This document shows, one piece after another, positions 31,262 to 40,921 of a DNA stretch of 64,000 bases (within the stretch, counting starts at the first letter, position 1; every line of letters starts with the position of its first letter). The notes under the pieces were generated by a model that was given only the letters and a program-made list of their open reading frames with translations, was not told the origin of the DNA and did no database searches. Made by a program: the position numbers and the translations under genes. The DNA is from Nitrosopumilaceae archaeon (lineage in GTDB: Archaea; Thermoproteota; Nitrososphaeria; Nitrososphaerales; Nitrosopumilaceae): the NCBI GenBank assembly GCA_965214835.1, contig CBDCCK010000002.1, positions 1,888,001 to 1,952,000 of the forward strand, in the 5' to 3' direction.

Positions 31262-33769
31262 TTACGTATACTTGACGTCCCCGTGTGCCGTACCACCGTT
31301 TCCTCCGCCCGAAGAGTCCGACAGATCGCCCTCGAACTCAAGGTGCATCAGGAGCGCACCATCATAGTCTCCCATACACGCATGATCACCGGTAAGCGCG
31401 TCGACGGTGCCGGTGCCTTTGGTGTCTGACACGGTAGCCATCTCCACATGGCATTTGTGTACGTCCGATATGTAGTCGGCAGGCAACCGTGCCGAGTATA
31501 TCATGATATCATCCAGCACGGTATCCTGTGCAGGATTTCTGCCGATGCTACTAGCACCTATCGCAAGCCGGTGATCATTTGCAACGGATCCTGCCAGCGA
31601 CGTGTTGTACCAGCGCAGATTGTCGATCTGTCCGTCCACGTACACGTCGAGTCCGCCCCTGTCTCCTGAGCCATCATAGGTAAACACGATGTGGTGCCAG
31701 CGGCCGTCGGTCATGCCGGAGAACGTGCCGACGGTGATCTGGCTTTGCGCATCGTCTGCCATCCGGAATGAAATCCCGCCATATGGGTTGCCCCATACGG
31801 TGATGCCCTGCTGCCTGGCCGCGTCAGCCTTTGAGATGATCAACGAGTCAGGGTTGCCGGGTTCGAGCATCTTGATCCAGAAGGCTATGCTGAACGGATC
31901 GGCCCCACCGAGATCGAGTCCGGGTGCGGCGGCAAGCGTGACGTATGCAGTGCCGTCAAGGTGGAGGGCCCGGCCGGCGGGGCCGTATGCAGGCAGGGAC
32001 GTCCACCCGGGCGGGTTCCACACCGTCACCTCCATACTGCTACTGAAATGTCGGTGGAACTTGGATGGTATCGGCGTGTCTGGTTTTGAGGGACCCTGAA
32101 ACTCGATTACCCTATCACTGCCATCGTATATGTCAACATACCGCTGTGACCAGTCCGTTTCCGGAGACGCCGTCGCATTGCCCCCATCACCACCGCCGGT
32201 CTCCAGCACGTTCCTATGAAACTTGACCCTGTCGACAGAGTCGATCATTACGATCTTGTTGGTTTTGTGCGGACGCGTGTCGTACAGGTCATATCTGTCC
32301 AAGCTTGAATGGGTAATATTGTAGCCGTGCAGCCGCCATGATTCGTTAATCAGCCACATGATTATTTCCGCGTCGGAGCCGGCATAGTTTTGCAGCGCAA
32401 AGAACAGTGCGCTAGGATAGGCAGACATCGTGTCCCAATGCACAAACACTCCCGACGTGGACAGGCCGAGCGCCGCGACGGCAAGCAAGGCAGCCAGCAA
32501 CAGCGTGCGCTGCCTCCCCGGATCCTGTATTCTGGCTGATGCCCTTTCAATCCCTGCGCCGATCAGTGCGGCGGCGGCAATGCACATCACAGTCCACAAC
32601 ATCCCCAGATGGTAGAGGTACGTCACGAACCCGATTGATCCAAAGAACAGCAGGACGGGTGCGGCCCACAGCAGCAGAAACCTGTTGCGTGAGGCCACCG
32701 CAAAGGCCAGTCCTGCTGTGCCCAGCGATACCATGACCGGATCCATCTCGAACAGCAGTATCGTGGCCACCAGCATGATCGCAGGACGGGTCAGTATGTC
32801 AGGATCCTGGTCATATACGAGGGCGATCGACGTGTATTGCTGCAGCAGATCCAGCTTGGACTGACTGCCCCTGTCTGTGTGCCACAGGACGCCGTCCACC
32901 CACCCGTCAAAATCACCTGCCAGTGCCGCAGAGGCGGGCCAGGCTGCCGCAATCAGGATTGCGGGCACAAGCCACAGCAGTACGCGCCCCGGCCTCCTGC
33001 CGGCCGACCAGACCAGAGCGAGGACAAGCGGGATCATGACAAGCGAGGGAACCTTGACAAGCATGGCGCATCCCATGCAGACACCAGACAGGATAATCAG
33101 CAGGCGGATCCTGTCCGGGCCAGGTTGCAGCGACGCACCCCTCTGAGACGGGCCGTCCTTCGGGTTAGGACCGCGCGCGTGCATGGCAAGCAGAACGGAA
33201 GAGAGGACAAATGGGAGGAGGATCGAGTCCAGCAGAACCAGTCTGAGCGTCATCGATACGGGCATCGCCGCGAACAGGATCGCCGCAATTGGTGCGATCC
33301 TGCGCCCAAAGCCCCTCTCGACTATCTTGTATATCAGAAAGGTGTCTAGGACGGCAAGCAGGCCCATGAGGATGCGTGGTGCCCCGTAAAGCATCCCAAG
33401 CGAGGACGCCTCCTCCGGTGTCACAAGGAAGTCAGGGTATCCCGTGGCATGCAGGAATCCGGCCAGCATCGTGATAGAAGAGATGTCATGATACTCATGT
33501 GGATAGGCCGATCCCGTGGCATGCAGGAATCCGGCCAGCATCGTCCAGCCAAGGAACGGATGGTCGTGATTGTAGGGCAGTATCCTGTGATCCAGTACGT
33601 CCAGGGCCCGTCCTATGTAGGTTGACTCGTCTGGGTGCCACGACGGAAACCCTGCCGTGTTCCACATGTGCGTGTATGCAGAAAGCGCCAGTATTGCTAC
33701 AAGCAGGAGGAGTGGCCCGTGCCCCGACAGGCGCCCCGTGCGAATGGTGGTACGTCCGAGGCCAAGCAT
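31262..33769 (-). CDS. Membrane GT-C glycosyltransferase (ArnT/PMT-like) fused to a C-terminal LamG domain
   Basis: PDESTY..A, HDHPFLG, many TM segments, LLDS, LVKVP; FSIAFWIK..WHHIVFTYDG..YVDG. Confidence 0.85.
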   Translation of the reverse strand: MLGLGRTTIRTGRLSGHGPLLLLVAILALSAYTHMWNTAGFPSWHPDESTYIGRALDVLDHRILPYNHDHPFLGWTMLAGFLHATGSAYPHEYHDISSITMLAGFLHATGYPDFLVTPEEASSLGMLYGAPRILMGLLAVLDTFLIYKIVERGFGRRIAPIAAILFAAMPVSMTLRLVLLDSILLPFVLSSVLLAMHARGPNPKDGPSQRGASLQPGPDRIRLLIILSGVCMGCAMLVKVPSLVMIPLVLALVWSAGRRPGRVLLWLVPAILIAAAWPASAALAGDFDGWVDGVLWHTDRGSQSKLDLLQQYTSIALVYDQDPDILTRPAIMLVATILLFEMDPVMVSLGTAGLAFAVASRNRFLLLWAAPVLLFFGSIGFVTYLYHLGMLWTVMCIAAAALIGAGIERASARIQDPGRQRTLLLAALLAVAALGLSTSGVFVHWDTMSAYPSALFFALQNYAGSDAEIIMWLINESWRLHGYNITHSSLDRYDLYDTRPHKTNKIVMIDSVDRVKFHRNVLETGGGDGGNATASPETDWSQRYVDIYDGSDRVIEFQGPSKPDTPIPSKFHRHFSSSMEVTVWNPPGWTSLPAYGPAGRALHLDGTAYVTLAAAPGLDLGGADPFSIAFWIKMLEPGNPDSLIISKADAARQQGITVWGNPYGGISFRMADDAQSQITVGTFSGMTDGRWHHIVFTYDGSGDRGGLDVYVDGQIDNLRWYNTSLAGSVANDHRLAIGASSIGRNPAQDTVLDDIMIYSARLPADYISDVHKCHVEMATVSDTKGTGTVDALTGDHACMGDYDGALLMHLEFEGDLSDSSGGGNGGTAHGDVKYT

Positions 33770-34022
33770 GGGCTATCCTCACCCGTCATCCAAATAACTG
33801 TTCGGAGGGAATTATTTTGTTGCATAACCCTGCCTGAAATTTGGAATTTGGTCGAAAATCGTACAACATCAGGTTCTACGTAAAATCAGGCGTGAACAGG
33901 AAATTTGGATGAATACTTTACGTCTAGAAAGTTGAGGATCTGATGTTGTACGATTTTTTTGATCTGTACTGATTACGCAAAGTCTATTGAAAATTACATG
34001 ATGGTTTGAAGCAAGGAGGTGA

Positions 34023-34940
34023 TCATAGCGTCAAGTTTCGGAGTTGCTGGATCCATTTGCGCTGTATCTTTTTGTAGGTCGGGCCGGCAATTGAGAAGAT
34101 TATCTTCTGCTCCTTTAGTGGCATCTTCCCATCGTAGAGTCTGATGGCGTCCGGATCTATTGAGCGATACGGATCTGTGTCTCCTATGGCGTACCCGTTC
34201 TCGTCAACGTATTTGTGCTCCATCAGGTGATGGTTCAGCATCTTGGTGTCAAACGGGATTTTCAGGAACCTGCATATGTGTCTGATGTTTCTTTCCGGCG
34301 AGGTACACAGATCTTCGTACAGGATCAGACGGAGTTTGTAGCCCATCTCGTCATACCGGAAGAAGGATTCGGTCTTTATCTTCCAGTACAACGCCACCTT
34401 TGCTGCAAACGAGAACTCGCCGGCATTTTTTATTATGGACAGGTCTCCAGCGTACTTTTCATTGAAGCCAGGAATTGTCTCGGGGTAGAGGGAATCCACA
34501 TATCCTTCCCATGAGTTGGCCCAAGATGAGTATCGTGGGTTTGTCTTTAGCCTCTTCAGGGAAAGGCACACGTCCCTGGGATCCCTGACTAGGAACAAGA
34601 CAAGATGGTTGTTGTACCTGAACGGAAATGGAAACTTGTGGTAGCTTATGTCCCTTGCCACCCCGTCTGTATTGTCAAACTGCTCTGTCAGACAGGGGCA
34701 CTTGAAGGCCAGAACTCTTTTTCCCAGACTTTTCTGCTCGCGAAGCTCCCCTTCGAGCACCGTCTCATCTGCAAAGTAATCATAGGAGGTCGGCTCGTCA
34801 TGGCAGCTGATCCCGCTGTGGCACTCGAGAATAAGATGCATCAGCGTTGTTCCAGAGCGCTGGCATCCCACAATGAGGCAGATGTCAGAGTGCTCGTCGA
34901 CCAGCCGGTCAAACAAACGCGATCTGTTGACATCGGCCAC
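34023..34940 (-). CDS. PAPS-dependent sulfotransferase
   Basis: IVGCQRSGTT (5'-PSB), LVRDPRDV..S (3'-PB), YEDL..P; paralog of the domain in 37044..39824. Confidence 0.88.
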   Translation of the reverse strand: MADVNRSRLFDRLVDEHSDICLIVGCQRSGTTLMHLILECHSGISCHDEPTSYDYFADETVLEGELREQKSLGKRVLAFKCPCLTEQFDNTDGVARDISYHKFPFPFRYNNHLVLFLVRDPRDVCLSLKRLKTNPRYSSWANSWEGYVDSLYPETIPGFNEKYAGDLSIIKNAGEFSFAAKVALYWKIKTESFFRYDEMGYKLRLILYEDLCTSPERNIRHICRFLKIPFDTKMLNHHLMEHKYVDENGYAIGDTDPYRSIDPDAIRLYDGKMPLKEQKIIFSIAGPTYKKIQRKWIQQLRNLTL

Positions 34941-35089
34941 CTCGCTGGGCAGGGGGAACTGATCCCAGTTGACGGATGCGTTTATCCGGTCCCCCTCCCA
35001 AGCTTGAAGACAGCATCTCCCCTAGCACAATCAAGAGGATGCGGGTCTCCCCGGCACTCTCCCTCGTCCTGTAAACTTTCAATTGTATT

Positions 35090-35536
35090 GACGGTTTTAC
35101 CCGTTGCCCCGCTGTACTGCAATGCCATGTGCGTGCTCCAGCCCTTGTTCTTTAACTCCGTTACTACAGCCACCTTTTGCCTGCCTGCCTCCAAGGTTTT
35201 TTTCAATACCGCGTTGGCCACGGCGTATTCCCCGACTATCTTCTTGAGCGACTCGATCTCTTTTTGCTGCCGCTCCTCTGTTGACTTGTGGCCCCTGCCT
35301 GATAGTGACGCGCGTCCGGCCTGCAAAAAGCGCTCCCTCCACTGATAAAACGTCCTGGGGGAGAGGTTGTGGCGGTGGCACAGCTCTGCCGTCTCGATGC
35401 TGGTGTTGATGTGCTCCATGACTATCCCTATCTTGTCCTGCGTATTCCATATTTTCTTTGTCATATTTGTAATTCGACCTCCTGATTCAAAAAGTGTGCG
35501 AAAAAAAGTGTTCCTATTCTAGCGGGGTCCTCACCA
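35090..35536 (-). mobile_element. Truncated IS3 (left end, orfA, start of orfB)
   Basis: End TGGTGAGGACCCC; orfA similar to 50389..50679. Confidence 0.85.
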
Positions 35537-35713
35537 CTTTCTATGTATCGGAGTGACTTTTCCTCCGGTCTTTTACTCATGTTTTTTGATCGGTACAGTC
35601 TAAAATAATCCTTCAAAGTACGCCTGATCTTAGTCGGAATTAATTTTTGTACGACACAAACAGACTGTTACAAAGACATGTTTTATAAAATGTGAGGAGA
35701 ACACCAGCGTACC

Positions 35714-36580
35714 TTGGTTGCTCTGAAAAACATTCTCCCTGCACTGCGCATAAGGAAGGACACCTGCCTGAGTCTGCTGACCGTGTGCATAAAGACGTTC
35801 TGTCGGCCCAGCACGCTTTATGCCACTCTTGACAACATCATTGTCAAGAGCAGGTATCATGATCTGAGCATCCTAGTAGCTGATGACAGCGATGACGATT
35901 ACAAGAAAAAAAACGGGGAGATTGTGCGGCATTTTAGAGGAATAAACAAAAACCTGAGGTTGCTGGAGATGCCGTTTGACGTAGGCCTCTCCAGGGGCAG
36001 AAACCTGCTTGTCGAAAACTGCAAGACAAAGTATGCGCTTATGCTAGACGATTCCAGACACTTCACTAGGGACACCAAGATTGAGAAAATGGTAGATTTT
36101 CTAAGGGAGACGGACTATCATTTGGTGGGCGGGGTCATTCCCGGCAGAGGCAGAATCGACTCTCATTATACCGGCATGTTTGAAAAAATACGCCATGACA
36201 GCAAAAGCAACACGGTCAATATTTGGGTAGATACCATCCTAGAGAGAATCGATTATGACAAGATTCCGGTATTCAAGACGAATGTTACGCTGAATTGCTT
36301 TATTGCAAAAACCGAACTCCTGAGAAGGTGTAGATGGCGCGACGAGCTGAAAACCATGGAGCATGAAAACTTTTTTTTGGACTGGTACAACATGGGCTAC
36401 AGATGCGCAGTCTCATTCCTGTGTCCTTTTGTAGAAAACTCTGCTGAAAGCAGGCAGTATCCGGCAAAATACCGCCACCTCAGATACGACCCTGCAAGAA
36501 ACAACAAGACAGATCTAGGCTCCAGAGGAACCATACCGCTGGTAAACATCAACTATAACAGAGACGCGCTGCACTGCTGA
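35714..36580 (+). CDS. GT-A glycosyltransferase resembling GT12 (B4GALNT1/2-like)
   Basis: IKTFCR, VADDS, MPFDVGLSRGRNL, TKYALMLDD, LVGG, NCFIAKT, EHENFFLD. Confidence 0.75.
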   Translation: MVALKNILPALRIRKDTCLSLLTVCIKTFCRPSTLYATLDNIIVKSRYHDLSILVADDSDDDYKKKNGEIVRHFRGINKNLRLLEMPFDVGLSRGRNLLVENCKTKYALMLDDSRHFTRDTKIEKMVDFLRETDYHLVGGVIPGRGRIDSHYTGMFEKIRHDSKSNTVNIWVDTILERIDYDKIPVFKTNVTLNCFIAKTELLRRCRWRDELKTMEHENFFLDWYNMGYRCAVSFLCPFVENSAESRQYPAKYRHLRYDPARNNKTDLGSRGTIPLVNINYNRDALHC

Positions 36581-36639
36581 GTGTCAGCTGCATGCTGCAT
36601 ACGCATTGTATGCTGCATCTGCACGCCGTGGCGGAGCAG

Positions 36640-36776
36640 GGAGTTGATTCGAAATTAGCAGATTCTGATTATTTGTAAACGGATTTGCACAAAGCAGCTC
36701 AAAACACCAACAAAACACAAATTATTTGTGAAATTACTTGAAAGATTCGTACGGTTTCTAATTTTGGATCACCTCT
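36640..36776. mobile_element. MITE family A copy (inverted)
   Basis: Reverse complement of 1278..1414. Confidence 0.88.
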
Positions 36777-37043
36777 CTGATGACATGCCTTAGTACACAC
36801 ATCAAAAATTGGAACATAATTTTGGCATATTGTGCCTATTTTGGCACAAAAATGTTTGATTTTCAACTGTGCGTACTAGTGATCTTCTTGTCCGACATCT
36901 TTCTTGTCATGTCTCTGCCTGATCGGTACAGTCTGAAATGCTCGGCGACCGTACGCCTTATCTTTAGGCGGATCTAATTTTTGTACAAAACACGGCCCCG
37001 GTTTGCGTTATATGTTTATAGAGAACTGCGCATACGGCAAATA

Positions 37044-39824
37044 TTGAAGATTATAGCATACCTGTGCGTGTACAACGAGGAGGACATACTGGAGGAGAAC
37101 GTTCTTTACCACACCGCGCAGCAGGGGGTGGACATAGTCGTAATAGACAACGGATCAACTGACGCAACTGCCGATATAATCAAAAGGCTGGCAGGAGAGA
37201 ACAGGATCCTAGATCATGTCAGGTACACAACAGAAAGATTTTCACTACAGCAGCTGACTAGGGCCGGGTTTGAGCTGGCCAGAAAGCACAATCCGGACTG
37301 GATAATACACCTGGATGCCAGCACGTTTCTTGAGAGCGGTTCCGGATCGGATGTGCCGCTAAGCGAGCAGATACGGAAGGCCGACGAGGCAGGATACAAC
37401 GTCATCAGCCTGGCATCATACGACTTTTACCCGACTGAGAGGGACGATCCGGACGAGTCCAGCGTATTCAAGCGGATGAAGTTCTATGCCAACACAATAT
37501 ACACAAACAGACTACAGGAGAAGATATTCAAGAACCTTGACGGACTGCTGACCCACAATGGACACAAGATCATATTTCCCAAATCCGCCGAAAAGAAGAT
37601 ATCTGACAAAAAGGCAGTCATGCGGCATTACATATTCCGGTCTGCGCCCCACGGCGTAAGAAAGATCCTTGAGAGAAAGAACCGGTGGGATGCCGCCGAG
37701 CGTGCAGACAACCACCACACCCACTATGACGGCTTTCTTGGATTTGAGGAGGAAATCCCGGTTCCATCTAGGCTCCTTGCGTTCAAAGACGAAGAGGGCG
37801 GATGGGACAGCTCGATAACATACAAAGAACCGCCCCCCCTTCCAACCGAAAAGTATGATATCAACAGGTCACATAGGTTTGACAGACTGCCATTCCGACA
37901 TTCTGACTGCTGTTTCATTGTGGGATGTCCGGGTTCGGGAACCTCACTGCTAGGACATATTCTTGAGGGTAATGGCAGTGTCATCTGCTACGGCGAGCCG
38001 GCATGCTACGACTATCTGTCAGATGCGGCCCTGCCTGAGGAGGCCAACAAACAAAAGACTGAAAATGGCGTCCTGGCCTTCGAGTCTGCCGGTATTACAG
38101 AATACCTTGACAGTCCAGACCGGGCTACAGAATATTCCAGAGGCCGCAGGTTTCCTCCCGCGTTTACATATGACGGCCAGCCGGTTTTATTCCTGGTCAG
38201 GGATCCAAGGGACGTATATCTGTACTTGACGGGGCTCAAATCGGATCCCTTACAGCGTGACGCGGCAGAAGCATGGGAGAAATACATAGATGACCTGGCA
38301 GCCGAGGCGAAGGCAAGGGGCGCCGATCCCGGAGGCGGACATCTCGGAAACCTATCTGCATTGAAAAACGCCGGCAAGCTCTCGCTTGCCGCAAAGGCCG
38401 CACTGTATTGGAAGATAAAGACAGAGTCATTCTTCAGATATGACGAGCTGGGCTACAACCTGCATCTTGTCCTGTACGAGGATCTGTGCGTGTCGCCCGA
38501 GAAAAACCTCGAGGATATTTGCAACTTTCTAAAAATCCCGTTTGATTCGCAGATGCTAGAACATGACTCCATCAAGCGTGATGTTGGCAAGGGCGGGGTT
38601 GCAGATGACGCCCATGTGCGGCTCATAATGGATCCGGGAGACGCCATAAAATACAGGGGAAATGTTCCCATAGAGGAACAAAGGACAATCCTCTCGATTG
38701 CCGGCCCGACATACAAGAAGATACAGCACAAATGGATCCAGCAGCTTGGAAAGCCGGACAAGCAGGCCGATGCGTTGGAGGCAGCCAAGTCCTATCTTGC
38801 TGCCAGAGACGAGAGAATACAGGAACTGCAGGAGGATCTTGACGAGAAGAACGTCTGGGCGCTGCGCCTTGACGAGGAGGCGGAGATCAAAGATAAGAAG
38901 ATACGGGAACTTCAAAAGGAGTTGGACGAGAAGAGCGTCTGGGCGCTGCGCCTTGACGAGGAGGCGGAGATCAAAGATAAGAAGATACGGGAACTTCAAA
39001 AGGAGTTGGACGAGAAGAGCGTCTGGGCGCTGCGCCTTGACGAGGAGGCGGAGATCAAAGATAAGAAGATACGGGAACTTCAAAAGGAGTTGGACGAGAA
39101 GAGCGTCTGGGCGCTGCGCCTTGACGAGGAGGCGGAGATCAAAGATAAGAAGATACGGGAACTTCAAAAGGAGTTGGACGAGAAGAGCGTCTGGGCGCTG
39201 CGCCTTGACGAGGAGGCGGAGATCAAAGATAAGAAGATACGGGAACTTCAAAAGGAGTTGGACGAGAAGAGCGTCTGGGCGCTGCGCCTTGACGAGGAGG
39301 CGGAGATCAAAGATAAGAAGATACGGGAACTTCAAAAGGAGTTGGACGAGAAGAGCGTCTGGGCGCTGCGCCTTGACGAGGAGGCGGAGATCAGGGACAG
39401 GGAGGCGGAGATCAAAGATAAGAAGCTGGGTGACCTTCAGAGGGAGTTAGACTCTACCAAAAAGACCATAGAGAACAAAGAGTCAGAGATGGCAGATCTG
39501 CTACAGAAGATGCATGTGCAGAACGACGAATTTGAGGAGATCAGGCAGTCAGTCCTGTTCAAAACTGCATCAGGTCTTGCCAGAAAACTGGACAAGTTGT
39601 TCCCGCAGAATAGCAAAAGGGGCGAGATGTTCAGATTGTCCAAGGCATTGTTTGACATAGTCCAAAACGACGGATATGGGGCCCTTCTGAGAGCCTTTAG
39701 GGAGAAATGGCGCAGCAGATCCGAATCCCCTCCCCCCGAAGACACCAGCATCAGTTATGAAAAGACCAGGCAGCATCCTGATGACGCGTCTGCTGCCGAC
39801 TCTGCAGAGCAGGCAGAGCAGTAG
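37044..39824 (+). CDS. GT2-like + sulfotransferase-like + coiled-coil repeat + amphipathic segment fusion
   Basis: CVYNEEDIL..IDNGSTD; IVGCPGSGTS, LVRDPRDV; 7x28-aa repeat; probable TTG start at 37044 (ORF open from 36981). Confidence 0.87.
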   Translation: MKIIAYLCVYNEEDILEENVLYHTAQQGVDIVVIDNGSTDATADIIKRLAGENRILDHVRYTTERFSLQQLTRAGFELARKHNPDWIIHLDASTFLESGSGSDVPLSEQIRKADEAGYNVISLASYDFYPTERDDPDESSVFKRMKFYANTIYTNRLQEKIFKNLDGLLTHNGHKIIFPKSAEKKISDKKAVMRHYIFRSAPHGVRKILERKNRWDAAERADNHHTHYDGFLGFEEEIPVPSRLLAFKDEEGGWDSSITYKEPPPLPTEKYDINRSHRFDRLPFRHSDCCFIVGCPGSGTSLLGHILEGNGSVICYGEPACYDYLSDAALPEEANKQKTENGVLAFESAGITEYLDSPDRATEYSRGRRFPPAFTYDGQPVLFLVRDPRDVYLYLTGLKSDPLQRDAAEAWEKYIDDLAAEAKARGADPGGGHLGNLSALKNAGKLSLAAKAALYWKIKTESFFRYDELGYNLHLVLYEDLCVSPEKNLEDICNFLKIPFDSQMLEHDSIKRDVGKGGVADDAHVRLIMDPGDAIKYRGNVPIEEQRTILSIAGPTYKKIQHKWIQQLGKPDKQADALEAAKSYLAARDERIQELQEDLDEKNVWALRLDEEAEIKDKKIRELQKELDEKSVWALRLDEEAEIKDKKIRELQKELDEKSVWALRLDEEAEIKDKKIRELQKELDEKSVWALRLDEEAEIKDKKIRELQKELDEKSVWALRLDEEAEIKDKKIRELQKELDEKSVWALRLDEEAEIKDKKIRELQKELDEKSVWALRLDEEAEIRDREAEIKDKKLGDLQRELDSTKKTIENKESEMADLLQKMHVQNDEFEEIRQSVLFKTASGLARKLDKLFPQNSKRGEMFRLSKALFDIVQNDGYGALLRAFREKWRSRSESPPPEDTSISYEKTRQHPDDASAADSAEQAEQ
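38815..39392 (+). repeat. 84-bp coding tandem repeat x7 (ELDEKSVWALRLDEEAEIKDKKIRELQK)
   Basis: GACGAGAAGA(A/G)CGTCTGGG at 38841, 38925, 39009, 39093, 39177, 39261, 39345. Confidence 0.96.
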
Positions 39825-39957
39825 CAGGCGTCGATCAGGGGGCAGCATCCTGATGACGCGTCTGCTGCCGACTCTGCAGAGCAGGCAGAGCAGTAGCAGG
39901 CGTCGATCAGGGGGCAGCATCCTGATGACGCGTCTGCTGCCGACTCTGCAGAGCAGC
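39769..39957 (+). repeat. 72-bp tandem repeat (~2.6 units), each full unit carrying an in-frame TAG
   Basis: CAGCATCCTGATGACGCGTCTGCTGCCGACTCTGCAGAGCAG occurs three times. Confidence 0.93.
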
Positions 39958-40257
39958 AACAGCGCACCGCCGCCCTGGCCGAAAAAGTCAGGCGGTATTC
40001 GGAGACTGCCAGACTTGACGACCCCGGGCTGAGCTCAAGAATAATCTGCAACGAGCGCCTCGTCGAGCCTGATGAAGATCTTAGAAAACACATGCAGATC
40101 GGATCGGCGGAAATCCTCACACTTCCAAGAAATCCGAAGGTCAGCATAATCATTCTTACCCTCAACCAAACCGATTATCTCAGAAAGAACCTAGAGTCAA
40201 TAGAGTCAAAGACGACATACAAAAACTATGAGATCATTATTGTCACAAACAACAGAG
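39958..40257 (+). pseudogene. In-frame GT2 module remnant cut by MITE E
   Basis: LAEKVRRYSET..PKVSIIIL..YEIIIVTNN near-identical to both paralogs. Confidence 0.85.
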
Positions 40258-40366
40258 GTACCAGCTCGGGCTCTGGAAGTTCAGGCATGAGTTTTGCTAC
40301 CTCGGAGAGGCCTCCCGTAGATTCGTACCTGAAATCAGGAGCAGCTTCCAGAGCCCGACCTGTTAC
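40258..40366. mobile_element. MITE family E copy
   Basis: Reverse-complement homolog of 970..1080. Confidence 0.8.
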
Positions 40367-40603
40367 GAATATTGTGAGAAAAGGATTCATGACAGAATAG
40401 GGCAAAAAAATTGGAAGATGGGTTTTACTGCAAATATTTGTCACGAGGATCCAAGAGACGTTCCCATGCTTCAGGTTGCGGATTACATAGCAAGTGCAAC
40501 CCAGGGATTCATTGTTCACGGCGATGCGACGTTTTACAACGCGTACAGTAACAAATTGAGCTATCGTGAAAAATTGGACAGCAACGATAAGATAAGATGG
40601 TGA
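40367..40603 (+). pseudogene. C-terminal fragment of a DUF3800-like gene
   Basis: PMLQVADYIA motif; 5' part lost at MITE E. Confidence 0.5.
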
Positions 40604-40921
40604 CTCTCGACCTACTTCTTCCAGCCTGTCCGAACAGACGTCATCGTTTCGGTCAAGATCCTATTGATTGTTCAATAGACTTTACCCACCTGTTTGATAT
40701 TCTCATGTCTGATATTAAAAGTATAAGCATGAGCAGTCTTGCACAGCCCTGATTTCAGGCTGTAGTATACGAAAAGTCGGTCCGCTAGTCATCTGCGTCC
40801 CTCTCCATCCATTTTGGATCCTTCCTCCTGATCGCATCGGTGGCCTCCTTGCTCCCAAACGCCTGAAGCGACGTCTCACAGCTGGTAATGTCAAGCGAAA
40901 AGTGGGGACCTTCTCTCGTTG

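Noticed and set aside
39822-39896. In-frame TAGs as pyrrolysine or recoding
   Set aside because: No pyl genes, TAG terminates ordinary genes here (e.g. 25337, 56205), and the downstream module is truncated
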